Virus record (IMG/VR): IMGVR_UViG_3300035191_000065
Direction: 5' to 3' (one strand)
Source: an uncultured virus (IMG/VR IMGVR_UViG_3300035191_000065)
Lineage: Duplodnaviria > Heunggongvirae > Uroviricota > Caudoviricetes
DNA length: 64,000 bases
Part shown: positions 1-9,764 of the stretch, piece by piece
How positions within the stretch are numbered: position 1 is the first letter of the stretch
How the letters are laid out: the number at the start of each line of letters is the position of its first letter
The notes under the pieces: model-generated
The model's input: only the letters and a program-made list of their open reading frames with translations
What the model was told of the DNA's origin: nothing
The model's database searches: none
Translations under genes and position numbers: made by a program

Positions 1-12
1 GCTCAGGGCGAC

Positions 13-2529
13 ATGATGGAGGTCATGAACCGCTACGACTGGGAATCGGGCGACTATGACGTCTCGGTGCTCAGAGTGCAGCCACAGAACTGGCACGGGC
101 GAAACATCCAGGGCTACATCGCCTCATTTCCGCACTCGATCGACGAGGCTTTCATCCGTGAGCACTTCGGCGGTGGCGTCTACGACCTCAAAATTCGTGG
201 GCCGAATCCGAGGGCCGGAACGTCCAAGGGTTTCCTCGATGGAACCAGGGTAAAAATAAGTGGTGAACCTATCGTGAGCGCGATGGACAAACACCTCGCT
301 TTCGATGATGGCGGCATCATGCTCAGCAATCCGCAGGGTGGTCCTCCGTCTCAAGCGCAGATACGGGAGGCACAGATGGCGAGAAGAGGAGGTAGAAGAG
401 CACAAGCGGCGTGGGAAGATGAGGAAGGCGGCGGGAGGGGTAACGGCGAAGACCCTGAGATGGTTCGGATGAGCTTCGATCGTCTCGGCAAGCTGGCTGA
501 CTCTGCTTCGGAGGAGGCAAAGCAACTCCGTGAGCGCCTAATCGATGAGGCGACCAGAAAGGTAGGCGGTGAAGGTCTTTCATCAGAAGCGCTCTTGATG
601 ATCAAAGAGTCTGCTGACCGAGCGATTGAGAGTGAGAGAGCCGCCGCAGAGCGTCTTCGGAAGACAGAACAGCAGCATCGCCAGGATTTCGAGCGTATGA
701 TCGCCAAGGTCAGTAATCAGAACCACGGTATCCCGCCTGAAATGCTCGCGAGTCTGACCGAGCAGCATCGCTCCGAGATCAACGCGCTCAACGAGTCAAG
801 ACTCACTCAGCTCACTCAGCTTCAGGACCGTCACGAACAAGAGGTGAACGCGCTGAGAGAAAGATATGAGCGCGAGATCACAAACCTACAGGAGAGAAAT
901 CGAGACGAGGTCGATCGAGTACGAAGCGAGCTTCAGGGTCGTCTCGACAGAGAGCAAGAACAGTTCAAGCGAGAGATGGAGCGAGAGCGAGACAACAACC
1001 GCAAGGAGGTAGAGCGCCTGAAGGAAGAGGCTGATCGTCGTTACAACGATGCAGAGACTCAAGCCAAGCAGCGTTACGAGAAGCTGAACGACGACTGGCA
1101 ACGTCGTTTCGATCAGGAGCAAGACCGGGCTAGAGCCGCTTTGGACCAGGCACAGGAAAGAGCACGCACTGAGCGAGATACGGCTGATCGAAACAATCAG
1201 ATGCAGCTCGACCACATGAAGTCTCTTCACGAGACGCAGGTTACCCAGCTCACAGGCTCTCTTGGCAACCAGGTCGAACAAGAGCGTACTCGTGGTGAAG
1301 CTGCTATCGCGAGTCTGAAGGCCCAGCACGAAGCCGCGATTTCTCAGCTTAACACGCAGCTCGACATGTCGGTCAAGCTCCAGGAGACGAGCTATAAGGC
1401 TCAAATCGATTCCCTGCAGCAGGAGTTGGCTCGCGCCAGGGCCGATCTCGACGCGACAAAGCAGAAGGTGGCCGATCAGGGAGACTTGGTCACTCAGGCG
1501 CAGAAGCTCAAGACGGTTGGTGAATCTCTGTCTGGTGTGCTTGGTCTTGGCGGTGCTTCGGTGGGTGCTGGGGCTCTATCTGCCGACGTCGACCTGGAAC
1601 CAAAGCAGGAAGAGCCGAAGACGTGGTGGGGCAAGGTCATGCAGTTCTCCGAGTCCAACGTCGGAGAAAGCGTGTTTGAGTTCCTGAAGAACATGGCGGC
1701 TGGTGCTGCTGGTATGCATCCTGGTGCGCCCATGCCCGGCATGATGCCTGGTCTCCCGGGTCAGGTTCAGCCAAGTTATGGACCGCCACCTGGGGCTGTA
1801 TACGGAATGCCCCATCAGCCGGCGCCCGGTCCTTCCTATGGACCACCTCCTCAGCCAACCTATTCGCCGCCGCCACAAGCTCAGCCATACTCCCATCAGG
1901 TGATGGTCGATGAGGAAGAGTATGAAGAGGAGGTCATGGAGCCCGGTGGTGGTGTCGTGACAGGATCTTTTGTCGACGACGAAGTCGAGGAGGCAGGGCC
2001 GGGACCGGAACCGGCTCCTCAAATTCGCAGTCAGGTTGACTCAGAGGGGGTGGTGAGGGCGACAGTTCCACCGGCGACGTCGAGTTATTCGATGGGAACG
2101 TCTCCCGAGTCGAAAAGTCCTCAGATCACCCCAGAGGAAATGGAACGAATTCATTCGCCATCGACTCCGGAGTCGCCAAGATCTGCGCCGGCCGCTCCAG
2201 CGGCTCAGCCTCAACCAGTGGTCTCCCCTGCCCAGCCACAGCAACCTCCCATCTCGACAGAGAAGATTCCGCCAGATGTTGCAGAGCAGATGAAAGCCAT
2301 GATCTCAGGTCTCGAAGAGTCGATGACAAACGGTGTTCCGCCGAATGTTCTCGCAGGGACCATCATGCAGGTCGCTCCCCCCGAGCAGTTGCGGCCATTT
2401 GCTCAGACACCAATCCAGCAATTGGTGGCTGACATCCAGCAGGTCATCCCTGAGAGCATGCTGGCGTCCTACCAGGGTCGTAAGTACCTCTCTGCTCTTC
2501 AGGTCGAGCTGTCCAAGCTGATCGGCTAA
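13..2529 (+). CDS. Large coiled-coil protein with Pro/Gln-rich C-terminal region, function unknown
   Basis: 838-aa ORF; long E/R/Q heptad-rich segment, then PG/YGPPP low-complexity region. Start lies at the window edge. Confidence 0.8.
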   Translation: MMEVMNRYDWESGDYDVSVLRVQPQNWHGRNIQGYIASFPHSIDEAFIREHFGGGVYDLKIRGPNPRAGTSKGFLDGTRVKISGEPIVSAMDKHLAFDDGGIMLSNPQGGPPSQAQIREAQMARRGGRRAQAAWEDEEGGGRGNGEDPEMVRMSFDRLGKLADSASEEAKQLRERLIDEATRKVGGEGLSSEALLMIKESADRAIESERAAAERLRKTEQQHRQDFERMIAKVSNQNHGIPPEMLASLTEQHRSEINALNESRLTQLTQLQDRHEQEVNALRERYEREITNLQERNRDEVDRVRSELQGRLDREQEQFKREMERERDNNRKEVERLKEEADRRYNDAETQAKQRYEKLNDDWQRRFDQEQDRARAALDQAQERARTERDTADRNNQMQLDHMKSLHETQVTQLTGSLGNQVEQERTRGEAAIASLKAQHEAAISQLNTQLDMSVKLQETSYKAQIDSLQQELARARADLDATKQKVADQGDLVTQAQKLKTVGESLSGVLGLGGASVGAGALSADVDLEPKQEEPKTWWGKVMQFSESNVGESVFEFLKNMAAGAAGMHPGAPMPGMMPGLPGQVQPSYGPPPGAVYGMPHQPAPGPSYGPPPQPTYSPPPQAQPYSHQVMVDEEEYEEEVMEPGGGVVTGSFVDDEVEEAGPGPEPAPQIRSQVDSEGVVRATVPPATSSYSMGTSPESKSPQITPEEMERIHSPSTPESPRSAPAAPAAQPQPVVSPAQPQQPPISTEKIPPDVAEQMKAMISGLEESMTNGVPPNVLAGTIMQVAPPEQLRPFAQTPIQQLVADIQQVIPESMLASYQGRKYLSALQVELSKLIG

Positions 2530-2556
2530 CCTAATTTTCGTCCATCCTCAAGACGC

Positions 2557-2586
2557 TTGACATTTAAACTTAATATGATGTACTTC
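2557..2586 (+). promoter_or_regulatory. Candidate sigma70-type promoter for the structural block
   Basis: TTGACA at 2557-2562 in an AT-rich intergenic gap; -10 is weak (TACTTC at 2581). Palindrome CATCCTCAAGACG lies directly upstream. Confidence 0.5.
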
Positions 2587-2633
2587 TAAAGCGACCCTCC
2601 TGTCAGACGTATAAGCCGGCCCCGGCGTCAAAT

Positions 2634-3269
2634 TTGGCAGGTATTTTTAAAGCCGGAGTGTGGCCGGTGGCCGGAAACCAGACCGTAAATGTGATGAAAT
2701 ACCGCGGAACTCCGCAAACAGTGCGTGAGATGTTCCGCATTGCTGACGGTGAGCGCGGTCAGAAGTCGTTCGCTCTTCGTGAGCGAGTCGAAGATATCAT
2801 TCGATACGTTCGTCCCCGAGATTACTGGAGCGAAATCCTTGCGGTTTACTACTGGACATGTGGCCCGCAGTTCCGGTACACGCGAGACCCTCGAAAGGTC
2901 GAGCAGGTCAAGGATCCTCTGCGAATCTTGTGGGAGATCGACAACTACGGCTCGACGCTCATCGACTGCGATGAGTTTGCTACGTTCTTGAGAGCCTCAA
3001 TTGGTTCAATCGGTGGGAGAAGTCGAATAGTCACCGTCGGATTTCGTCCGACGAACGGTAAATCGCCGAATCCAAGGCTGTTTGAGGACCCCGCCTTTCG
3101 TCTGATGTCATCACCGCATCCAAGGCTTCCTGGACCATTCACTCATGTCTTCGCTCAGGCGGCGAAGGGGAGTGGTGGTTGGGTGACAGTCGACCCGGTC
3201 GCTGGACCTCGAACCCCGCGGATGCATCAGCGAGTCAAGCAATACAGGATCTATGAGTCAAGCGACTGA
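2634..3269 (+). CDS. Transglutaminase-like (papain-fold) cysteine protease candidate
   Basis: Motifs in catalytic order: IDCDE (Cys), FTHVF (His), WVTVDP (Asp). TTG start uncertain. Confidence 0.7.
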   Translation: MAGIFKAGVWPVAGNQTVNVMKYRGTPQTVREMFRIADGERGQKSFALRERVEDIIRYVRPRDYWSEILAVYYWTCGPQFRYTRDPRKVEQVKDPLRILWEIDNYGSTLIDCDEFATFLRASIGSIGGRSRIVTVGFRPTNGKSPNPRLFEDPAFRLMSSPHPRLPGPFTHVFAQAAKGSGGWVTVDPVAGPRTPRMHQRVKQYRIYESSD

Positions 3270-3286
3270 AAACGTCGGAGGAAACG

Positions 3287-4177
3287 ATGAGCGAGTGGGA
3301 TGCTCTTGATGAAGACATGACAAGCTACGGAGCAAACGGAAATGGAAACGATGACGATGTTGAATACGTCGGCACCGTCGAAGAAGATGTGAGTGCTGCT
3401 CCGCATGTTCAGGCACCCCGCCGCCCCGTTCGCCGCGTTGTGCCTCAGCGGCCGAGGTTTCAACAGGCTGCGACTCTTGGTGCGGAATCAGCTCCAATTC
3501 GAAGGGGCAATGGAGATAAAGGTGGGCAGATGTACTACTACGACATGGAGAATGGCGCCCGCTTCGCCATGAACGGTGAAGCAGCGCAAAGAGCCGCTGG
3601 TTCTCCAGTGGTGAATGTTGGTGGCCGAGCTGCTCGAAGGGTGCAGCCTGGCACTTACGTCACCTATGGACCTTCGATCGGCCCGAGCGGATTGTATGGC
3701 GGCGGCATGGGCAACGACGGCGACATGGGGATGGGTACCAACGGATCACGAGCTGGCGGAATCATGGAAGGCATCGGCTCTATCCTGGCTCCGCTCTCTG
3801 AGCTGGGAGTCGGTATCGCCACAACGGTCACGGGTCATCAGCGAGCGGAGGCCGAGATGGAGCTGGAAGCTCAGCTTCGTCGCGAGCAAATGGAAGCTGA
3901 GTCTGAGGCTCGTGACATGGCGTTCCAGACCGAGCAGCTCGCCCGTCAGCAGGAGCATGAGCTTCGTCTTGAGGAGCTGTCGCAGCGTGCAGAAGAGCTT
4001 CGGGCTCTTCGTGAGACGGAAGCTGCTGTGTCGTCTGCGCCGTCAACGACAGCGGCTCCGATCGTCACTCAGCAGGGTACCTCACCGGTCGTTTGGATTT
4101 TTCTCGCGCTCGTTCTCGCAGGCGGCGTCGGTGGCGTGTTCTGGTACATGTCCAAGAAGAAAGACGAAGAGGAGTAG
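3287..4177 (+). CDS. Membrane-anchored putative virion protein (GMG motif, coiled coil, C-terminal TM)
   Basis: GGAGG RBS; internal GMGTNG; C-terminal hydrophobic helix followed by KKKDEEE. Confidence 0.75.
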   Translation: MSEWDALDEDMTSYGANGNGNDDDVEYVGTVEEDVSAAPHVQAPRRPVRRVVPQRPRFQQAATLGAESAPIRRGNGDKGGQMYYYDMENGARFAMNGEAAQRAAGSPVVNVGGRAARRVQPGTYVTYGPSIGPSGLYGGGMGNDGDMGMGTNGSRAGGIMEGIGSILAPLSELGVGIATTVTGHQRAEAEMELEAQLRREQMEAESEARDMAFQTEQLARQQEHELRLEELSQRAEELRALRETEAAVSSAPSTTAAPIVTQQGTSPVVWIFLALVLAGGVGGVFWYMSKKKDEEE

Positions 4178-4186
4178 GCGGCTTCG

Positions 4187-4678
4187 ATGAGCTTCGTCTT
4201 CGTAGGTGCCCCTGATGGGGGCGATGTCGGCATGGGAACGACGGCCGGAGACTACGCCAGTGCAGCCGCTGGCGCTGTTGGAAGTACGGTCGGTGCGATC
4301 TTTGGTGCGATCAACACCATCGACCAGATTCGTTACCAGCAGGGTGCCTACGCTGAGGGGCGCGAATCCGGAATGTCGTCGATGCTCGACGACATGGCAA
4401 GGCAACAGTATTTCGATGAAAGAGCGAACGCTGAGCGTGATGCTATCAACGAGGCTCGTAGAGGCATCGCGAGTGAGTATTCCGCACAGGAGCGGGAACT
4501 TGCTGAAGAGATCAGCCGTGAACAAGCGGCTGCGTTCGCTCGCGAGGCTCAAGCCCGCGTCGGTGGAACATTTGGAGGGAGTCGGCCTACTCCCATGTGG
4601 GTCTGGGCTGTCGTTGGAGTCGGAGTGACAGGGGTTGTCATCGGCGGCGTGTGGCTCGTCTCCAAGATGAAGGATTAA
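4187..4678 (+). CDS. Membrane-anchored putative virion protein
   Basis: N-terminal GMGT motif, helical middle, C-terminal TM. Confidence 0.75.
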   Translation: MSFVFVGAPDGGDVGMGTTAGDYASAAAGAVGSTVGAIFGAINTIDQIRYQQGAYAEGRESGMSSMLDDMARQQYFDERANAERDAINEARRGIASEYSAQERELAEEISREQAAAFAREAQARVGGTFGGSRPTPMWVWAVVGVGVTGVVIGGVWLVSKMKD

Positions 4679-4686
4679 GGTAAACG

Positions 4687-5316
4687 ATGTCCTATCATTA
4701 CTACGGTCCTGGCTTGGGTTCTCTCGGATTTTCGGACCCAAGAGGAGCTTGTACGCAGGGCTCTGTGACGGGTCAGAAACGTTGTTTCAGGCCGAGAGAG
4801 GCATCCACCGCCAGTCGAATGAGCTGTGTTGAGATACCCAGTGACACTGGTCAGGTCGGAAGGCTGAACGAGGCGTGTCAGCATTACTGCTGTCCATCCA
4901 CTCCTACTCTTATCCTCGGCGAAGCTGTCAGAGAAGAAGAAGAGTCGACCGTAGCGGCTCAGCCAGGGGCTGCCCCATCTCAGGATACAGGGGGTATCGT
5001 CGATTGGGTCAAGGGAGCCATTGGTATGCCTACAGGTCAACAGGTTCCAGCGGCCCCTATGCCAGGTGGCACAGGCGCAAACAAGCCCACTGCCCAGGGC
5101 TTTGCGACGTATGCACAGGAAGCGGCTCTTCGTACAGGCGCAGCCGCCGAGAACGAGGTTCTCCCTATTGAGGAGACTCCTCCGGACTCTGCCGGCCAGC
5201 AAGCTGCCGAAGAACAGACCTGGATAGAGCGATACCAGACCCATATCACACTGGCCTCGACGGCGATCGGCCTCGGAACCTTCCTTGTTTGGCTGGTCAT
5301 AAGGAAGAAAGACTAG
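4687..5316 (+). CDS. GLG-leader protein with Cys-rich CCP module and C-terminal TM
   Basis: MSYHYYGPGLGSLG leader; six Cys ending in HYCCPS; TM then RKKD. Confidence 0.75.
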   Translation: MSYHYYGPGLGSLGFSDPRGACTQGSVTGQKRCFRPREASTASRMSCVEIPSDTGQVGRLNEACQHYCCPSTPTLILGEAVREEEESTVAAQPGAAPSQDTGGIVDWVKGAIGMPTGQQVPAAPMPGGTGANKPTAQGFATYAQEAALRTGAAAENEVLPIEETPPDSAGQQAAEEQTWIERYQTHITLASTAIGLGTFLVWLVIRKKD

Positions 5317-5324
5317 GTAGAATC

Positions 5325-5987
5325 ATGACTTACGAATATATGACCGGGATGGGGACCGTCGAGGAGGCGGAAAGACTCTCTGCGCAGGCACGCACCGCTT
5401 ACGATTCAGGGAACTACTCAGAAGCAATTCGTCTTCTGGAACAAGCGGAGCGCGAAGACCCGGCAACTCCTCAGAACTACGCTCTACGTCGAGCACAGGC
5501 TCTTGCTCGTGCGAATCGATGTGATGAGGCGCGTCGCGTTCTCGATGGATTTCGTTCTCGATTTTCCAGCGACCCAGCTTTTTCACAATATGAGCGCTTG
5601 GTAGGGGCTTCGTGCCCTACTACTGGTGCTCCGGCAACAGCAGCAGGTGAACCGGCCCCAACAGCAGAAAAGCAGACGTGGTGGCCTACCGACGTCGGTG
5701 CGATGTTTGAGACGGTCGCAACGAAACTTGGTATCGGGGGTCAGGCAAATCAAGAGGCACAGGGCGTTGCCATGGAAACCGCGGCCAACCTCACAGGTCA
5801 GGTGATGGTTCCCGGCGCGGGTGCTGCAGCAGCCACGGAAACCCTTCCTCCTCCTGGTCCTTCGCCCGCTGCTGTAACAGCTCCTATGCCTTCTGTCGGG
5901 TCAACGATCGCTCCTTACATCGTCGGAGGGCTGCTTGTCTTCGGTTTCGCTGGTGTCGGTATTTGGTTGCTCGTGAGGAAAAAGTAG
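5325..5987 (+). CDS. GMG-leader protein with TPR-like repeats and C-terminal TM
   Basis: Start reassigned to MTYEYMTGMG; AYDSGNYSEAIRLLEQA is TPR-like; Ala/Pro/Thr linker; TM then RKK. Confidence 0.75.
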   Translation: MTYEYMTGMGTVEEAERLSAQARTAYDSGNYSEAIRLLEQAEREDPATPQNYALRRAQALARANRCDEARRVLDGFRSRFSSDPAFSQYERLVGASCPTTGAPATAAGEPAPTAEKQTWWPTDVGAMFETVATKLGIGGQANQEAQGVAMETAANLTGQVMVPGAGAAAATETLPPPGPSPAAVTAPMPSVGSTIAPYIVGGLLVFGFAGVGIWLLVRKK

Positions 5988-6521
5988 ATGTCTTACGAGT
6001 ATATGACTGGCCTGGGGACGAACGGCGACATCGATAACCCAGACATGGATTTCGCGACGCCAGAGGATCTGGTGTCCGCTGGAATGGGTCTTCGTCCGAT
6101 GCCGCCAGAGCTTCAGGGTGGTAGGGAGTCTTCGGGCGATACAAGCATCTACTCGGGGATCGCTAATCTGTTCTCCGGGCTCGCTCAGCAGTTTGCGAGC
6201 AATACGGCGACTGAGGTTACGGGGTCTTCAACTGGAGCGCCCGGTGGAAAGCAGCCAAGCGGCGCAACGCCGACTGGGGCAGCTCCAGCGCCCAGCGGAA
6301 AGGGCGCTCCAACGACGACAACTCCTGCACCAGCTCAGTCAACGACAGCTTCAGCGGATGAGGGAGAGGCGGCGTCAGAAGAAACGCCTTCTCCAACATC
6401 GACTGCGGCTCCCCTCGTGGTTCAGCCACAGAGGTCATATGTCCCCTACATCGTGATAGGGGGCTTGGTGCTGACGTTCGGGATCGTTGGCATTTGGCTG
6501 CTGACTCGGAAAAAGGATTAG
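5988..6521 (+). CDS. GLG-leader protein with Ser/Thr/Pro/Ala-rich stalk and C-terminal TM
   Basis: MSYEYMTGLGTNG leader; TM is similar to that of the preceding gene (PYIV.GGL). Confidence 0.75.
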   Translation: MSYEYMTGLGTNGDIDNPDMDFATPEDLVSAGMGLRPMPPELQGGRESSGDTSIYSGIANLFSGLAQQFASNTATEVTGSSTGAPGGKQPSGATPTGAAPAPSGKGAPTTTTPAPAQSTTASADEGEAASEETPSPTSTAAPLVVQPQRSYVPYIVIGGLVLTFGIVGIWLLTRKKD

Positions 6522-6529
6522 AGGGAACA

Positions 6530-6997
6530 ATGGCACCACCAAAGAGCATCGTAAAAGCTCCGCCCCGTGAGGAAAGGTACCGCCAGCGCCTTGGATTCAA
6601 GGGCGTCAATGTCATCAACGGTGCCGCGCCGACTGGCCGACTCCCGAAGGTGATCGGAAGCGGAATCTTCGGCTACGAGGGCGAAGACAACGGGATCTTC
6701 AGCGGCGACACTGAACCGCCGAGCAACACTGGCATTTTCTTCGATGACTATGCTCGATATGACTACGAGGTTGCTGCACCGGACATGCAGTGGAATATGC
6801 TCAGACGTCCGGGTCGTCCGCTCTATCCGGGGTCGTCCTCCTACGGCATCGTCCTGGAGGGGCCGAGCATGGGCACCACGGAGGCGCCTGCTCAGCAGGG
6901 AACAACGTTCGGCGCCAAGCTCTTCTGGCTGGGTGCGGGGGCGGCTGCAGCTCTTGGTATTCAGATGCTCATCAAGAAGTATCGAGAAGAAGAGTAG
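6530..6997 (+). CDS. Membrane-anchored protein with three GIF motifs
   Basis: ATG after GAGGG; GSGIFG, NGIFSG, TGIFFD; SMGT; C-terminal TM then KKYREEE. Confidence 0.7.
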   Translation: MAPPKSIVKAPPREERYRQRLGFKGVNVINGAAPTGRLPKVIGSGIFGYEGEDNGIFSGDTEPPSNTGIFFDDYARYDYEVAAPDMQWNMLRRPGRPLYPGSSSYGIVLEGPSMGTTEAPAQQGTTFGAKLFWLGAGAAAALGIQMLIKKYREEE

Positions 6998-7006
6998 GAG
7001 CAGCCG

Positions 7007-7378
7007 ATGGCATCGAAGCTTGCACGAAAACCAGTCAGCGTCCCGATGTATTTTGTCAGGCCGCACGTGAAGCCTGGCGATTACTACCTGCTCATCAACC
7101 CAGTTTCTGGTAGGCGGATGTGGGTCTACCCGAGGCACATGGGTGAGCGTCAGTATGCTGTGACCTCGGCGCTCGGGACTGATGGGGGTACTGAGTCCTC
7201 AGGGCTCAACGTCAGCGAGTGGATGAGCTGGCTTCAGCAGCGGCCTCAGGAGCTGGTGCAGGAGGCTCAGGAAACGCGAGCCGAGCTGGAACGTGCACAG
7301 CGCCTCATGAAGATCGCCATAGGTGCGAGCATTGTGACGTCGGTCTTGGCGATAACAGTTTTTCTGACGAAGGATTGA
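7007..7378 (+). CDS. Small membrane-anchored protein
   Basis: AGGAG RBS; ALGT motif; C-terminal TM. Confidence 0.7.
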   Translation: MASKLARKPVSVPMYFVRPHVKPGDYYLLINPVSGRRMWVYPRHMGERQYAVTSALGTDGGTESSGLNVSEWMSWLQQRPQELVQEAQETRAELERAQRLMKIAIGASIVTSVLAITVFLTKD

Positions 7379-7380
7379 TC

Positions 7381-7647
7381 ATGTCGAACAACTTCCAACA
7401 GACGGCGGAGAACATCGACCAGATCACTGACTTCATCGTGGCACAGGCCATGGAAACTGCATCACAGGTCCAGCAAGGGGCGCAGCAGATTCAGGCTCAG
7501 AGCCAGGCGATCCCTTCTCAGCCACCTGTGCAAGCAACGACGAATGTATCAGGCCCATTTACGTCGTCGGGTCTGTTCTGGTTTGGCCTCGGCGCGGTGG
7601 CTGCGCTGGGCCTTTCTTACTACCTCACGAAGAGAAGAGGAGAGTGA
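7381..7647 (+). CDS. Small Gln-rich membrane-anchored protein
   Basis: Start reassigned to MSNNFQQ; TM LFWFGLGAVAALG resembles that of the 6530 gene. Confidence 0.7.
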   Translation: MSNNFQQTAENIDQITDFIVAQAMETASQVQQGAQQIQAQSQAIPSQPPVQATTNVSGPFTSSGLFWFGLGAVAALGLSYYLTKRRGE

Positions 7648-7651
7648 AACC

Positions 7652-8515
7652 ATGTACGAGTACGTAAGAAGGCCGGGCGGTTTGGGCGCTTCGAAGAACA
7701 GCCACGAATACGTTCCCGTCCCGGGCGGTTTGGGCTGGATGCCCACCTTTACCTCATTTGGTCAGACATTCCGTGGCCCTTCGTGTCAAACGCCGGATGG
7801 CTCAGGGACCGTGACCTGTGGTCGAACAGCAGAAAGCACCTTCATGGCCAATGAAGGCTGCAGGCCCATGAACCTCGACACCGAACTGGGCGGTTCCACT
7901 CGAATTTGCTTCACGGGTACAGGTCCAACGACGGAGGCAAACGCTGGCTTGGTCTGGTGTTGTCCTCCTGGTCGCCCCCGTGCAACGCCGGGTGAGGGCG
8001 CGGCTGTGACTCAGGCTGGAGCGTCCCGTGCTGACATTCGTGAGCTTCAGCAGTGGCTGGAGTCCATCAACTGTTCTGTCGGCACACACGGCATCGATGG
8101 AATCTGGGGTCCTGATACAGCGACGGCCGTTCGGTGTGCTGAGGCTCAGGGGAACGCGACTGTGATCGCTGCGAACTTCCCCTTCGTCGCCACGATGAGG
8201 CAGACTCCAACCGGACAGGCGCGTCCTGCAGACTTCGTTTTTCAGCCTCCTGTTGTGGGAACAAAGACACCGGAGCAGGTTGCTGCGGGCCAGACCATCA
8301 TCCCTGGTGGTCGTGTGGCAAGCACTGGAACCACACCGGGGACAACACCGGTCACTCAGGCCGGAATGGTCGCGGGTGGCATGCCTTGGTGGGGCTGGAT
8401 GGGCCTGCTCGGAGGCGTCGGCGCTCTCGCGCTGGGTGGTCTTTACCTTTACCGAAAGGGAGAGGAAGAAGACGTGCTGCGTGAAGAGTCTGAGCTGGCC
8501 GCGCTCGGATACTAA
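7652..8515 (+). CDS. GLG-leader protein: CCPP module, peptidoglycan-binding (PG_binding_1-like) domain, TM
   Basis: MYEYVRRPGGLG; VWCCPPG; IRELQQWL...GIDGIWGPDTATAV; TM and acidic tail. Confidence 0.8.
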   Translation: MYEYVRRPGGLGASKNSHEYVPVPGGLGWMPTFTSFGQTFRGPSCQTPDGSGTVTCGRTAESTFMANEGCRPMNLDTELGGSTRICFTGTGPTTEANAGLVWCCPPGRPRATPGEGAAVTQAGASRADIRELQQWLESINCSVGTHGIDGIWGPDTATAVRCAEAQGNATVIAANFPFVATMRQTPTGQARPADFVFQPPVVGTKTPEQVAAGQTIIPGGRVASTGTTPGTTPVTQAGMVAGGMPWWGWMGLLGGVGALALGGLYLYRKGEEEDVLREESELAALGY

Positions 8516-8537
8516 GGGCAAAGAGTAGGAGCTAAAA

Positions 8538-9335
8538 ATGTACGAATATGTAAGGAAGCCCGGTGGTTTGGGCATGGGAGCGCTCGGGTGGTCGTACAAC
8601 TGGGAAATCCCGATGAGTCGGGAAATCGCTCGGAGCATCCCTTGTGAGGGAGGTGGCACGATTGCCTGTGCTACTACCGGCGAACAGGGCTTCATGGTGA
8701 GCCAGGGGTGCCAGGTCACGTATCCTGAGCAGGGAGGTGGCACCGGGGCTTGCCGAACATCATCGGGAGCTTCTGGAAACACCTGGTGCTGTCCGCCAGG
8801 GCGCCCTGGTGCCGGAGAGCCCAGCACGATCGTCCAGCAGGCAGTGAGCCGTGATCAGATTCGTCAGATGCAGAACTGGCTTGTCCAGCAAGGCTGTTCT
8901 GTCGGCTCAACGGGTGCTGATGGTGTCTGGGGGCCGAACACGCGCAGTGGTGTCGAATGCGCAGTGGGCCAGACGAGCTGGACCAACGTGGCCGGGCGCT
9001 TCCCGTTCCTCAGCACACTGATGGCCGATCCTTCCGGAGCGGCTCGTCCATCCGGAATGATCTTTGACCCCGGTGCGACCGGGTCGAAGACCCCTGAACA
9101 GGGCGGCGTTCGCTATGCAAGCGGAGGAGCTGCAGCAACCACCACGACAGGCGCCCCGGGTGCTCCTGCTATTCAGCAGGCTGGCATCGTTCCTGGCGGA
9201 ATGCCTTGGTGGGGCTGGCTCGCCATTCTCGGAGGCGTTGGTCTTCTCGCAGCCGGCGGATACTACCTCTACAAGAGGGGCGAGGAAGAAGAAGCCGAGC
9301 TGGAAGAGGCTGAGCTGGCCGCGCTCGGATATTAG
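8538..9335 (+). CDS. Paralog of the preceding gene (CCPP, PG-binding, TM)
   Basis: MYEYVRKPGGLG; TWCCPPG; GADGVWGPNT; same ELAALGY C-terminus. Confidence 0.8.
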   Translation: MYEYVRKPGGLGMGALGWSYNWEIPMSREIARSIPCEGGGTIACATTGEQGFMVSQGCQVTYPEQGGGTGACRTSSGASGNTWCCPPGRPGAGEPSTIVQQAVSRDQIRQMQNWLVQQGCSVGSTGADGVWGPNTRSGVECAVGQTSWTNVAGRFPFLSTLMADPSGAARPSGMIFDPGATGSKTPEQGGVRYASGGAAATTTTGAPGAPAIQQAGIVPGGMPWWGWLAILGGVGLLAAGGYYLYKRGEEEEAELEEAELAALGY

Positions 9336-9344
9336 GAGGTCGTC

Positions 9345-9764
9345 ATGTACGAGTACACCACCAGAAGTCGTCGGGGCATGATGGGCCTGGGAACAGAGCC
9401 TGAGGAGCAGGTTGGTTCCATTCAGAGTGCCATACTCGAAAACGGCTGTTCTCTTCCGCGGTTTGGCCGCGACAGCCGATGGGGCTCAGAGACCGAGGCG
9501 GGTACTCGTTGTCTCGCGGAGCGCCGCGGTTGGGATTTCGTTCTCCAGAGCTGGCCCTGGGTCGCTCAGAGGATGACAATTCCCCAACAACAGGGAGTGG
9601 CGCAGCAGGTCGCCTCTGTCGTTCCCCGAGTCACAGGAAACGGTCAGACTCCAGCATGGCTTCCATGGGCCGCTGCCGGTGTCGGTCTCGTCGGCATCAT
9701 CATGATCGGCTCCTATGTCACAGCAAAAATGGAAGAGGAGCGAGAAAGAAGAGGTCAATTCTGA
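9345..9764 (+). CDS. GLG-leader protein: PG-binding-like domain and TM
   Basis: MYEYTTR...GLGT; IQSAILENGCSLPRFGRDSRWGSET; AGGAGG RBS. Confidence 0.75.
   Translation: MYEYTTRSRRGMMGLGTEPEEQVGSIQSAILENGCSLPRFGRDSRWGSETEAGTRCLAERRGWDFVLQSWPWVAQRMTIPQQQGVAQQVASVVPRVTGNGQTPAWLPWAAAGVGLVGIIMIGSYVTAKMEEERERRGQF

Noticed and set aside
13..2529. SMC or tape-measure assignment for the coiled-coil protein
   Set aside because: No Walker A/B motifs and no tail gene context.
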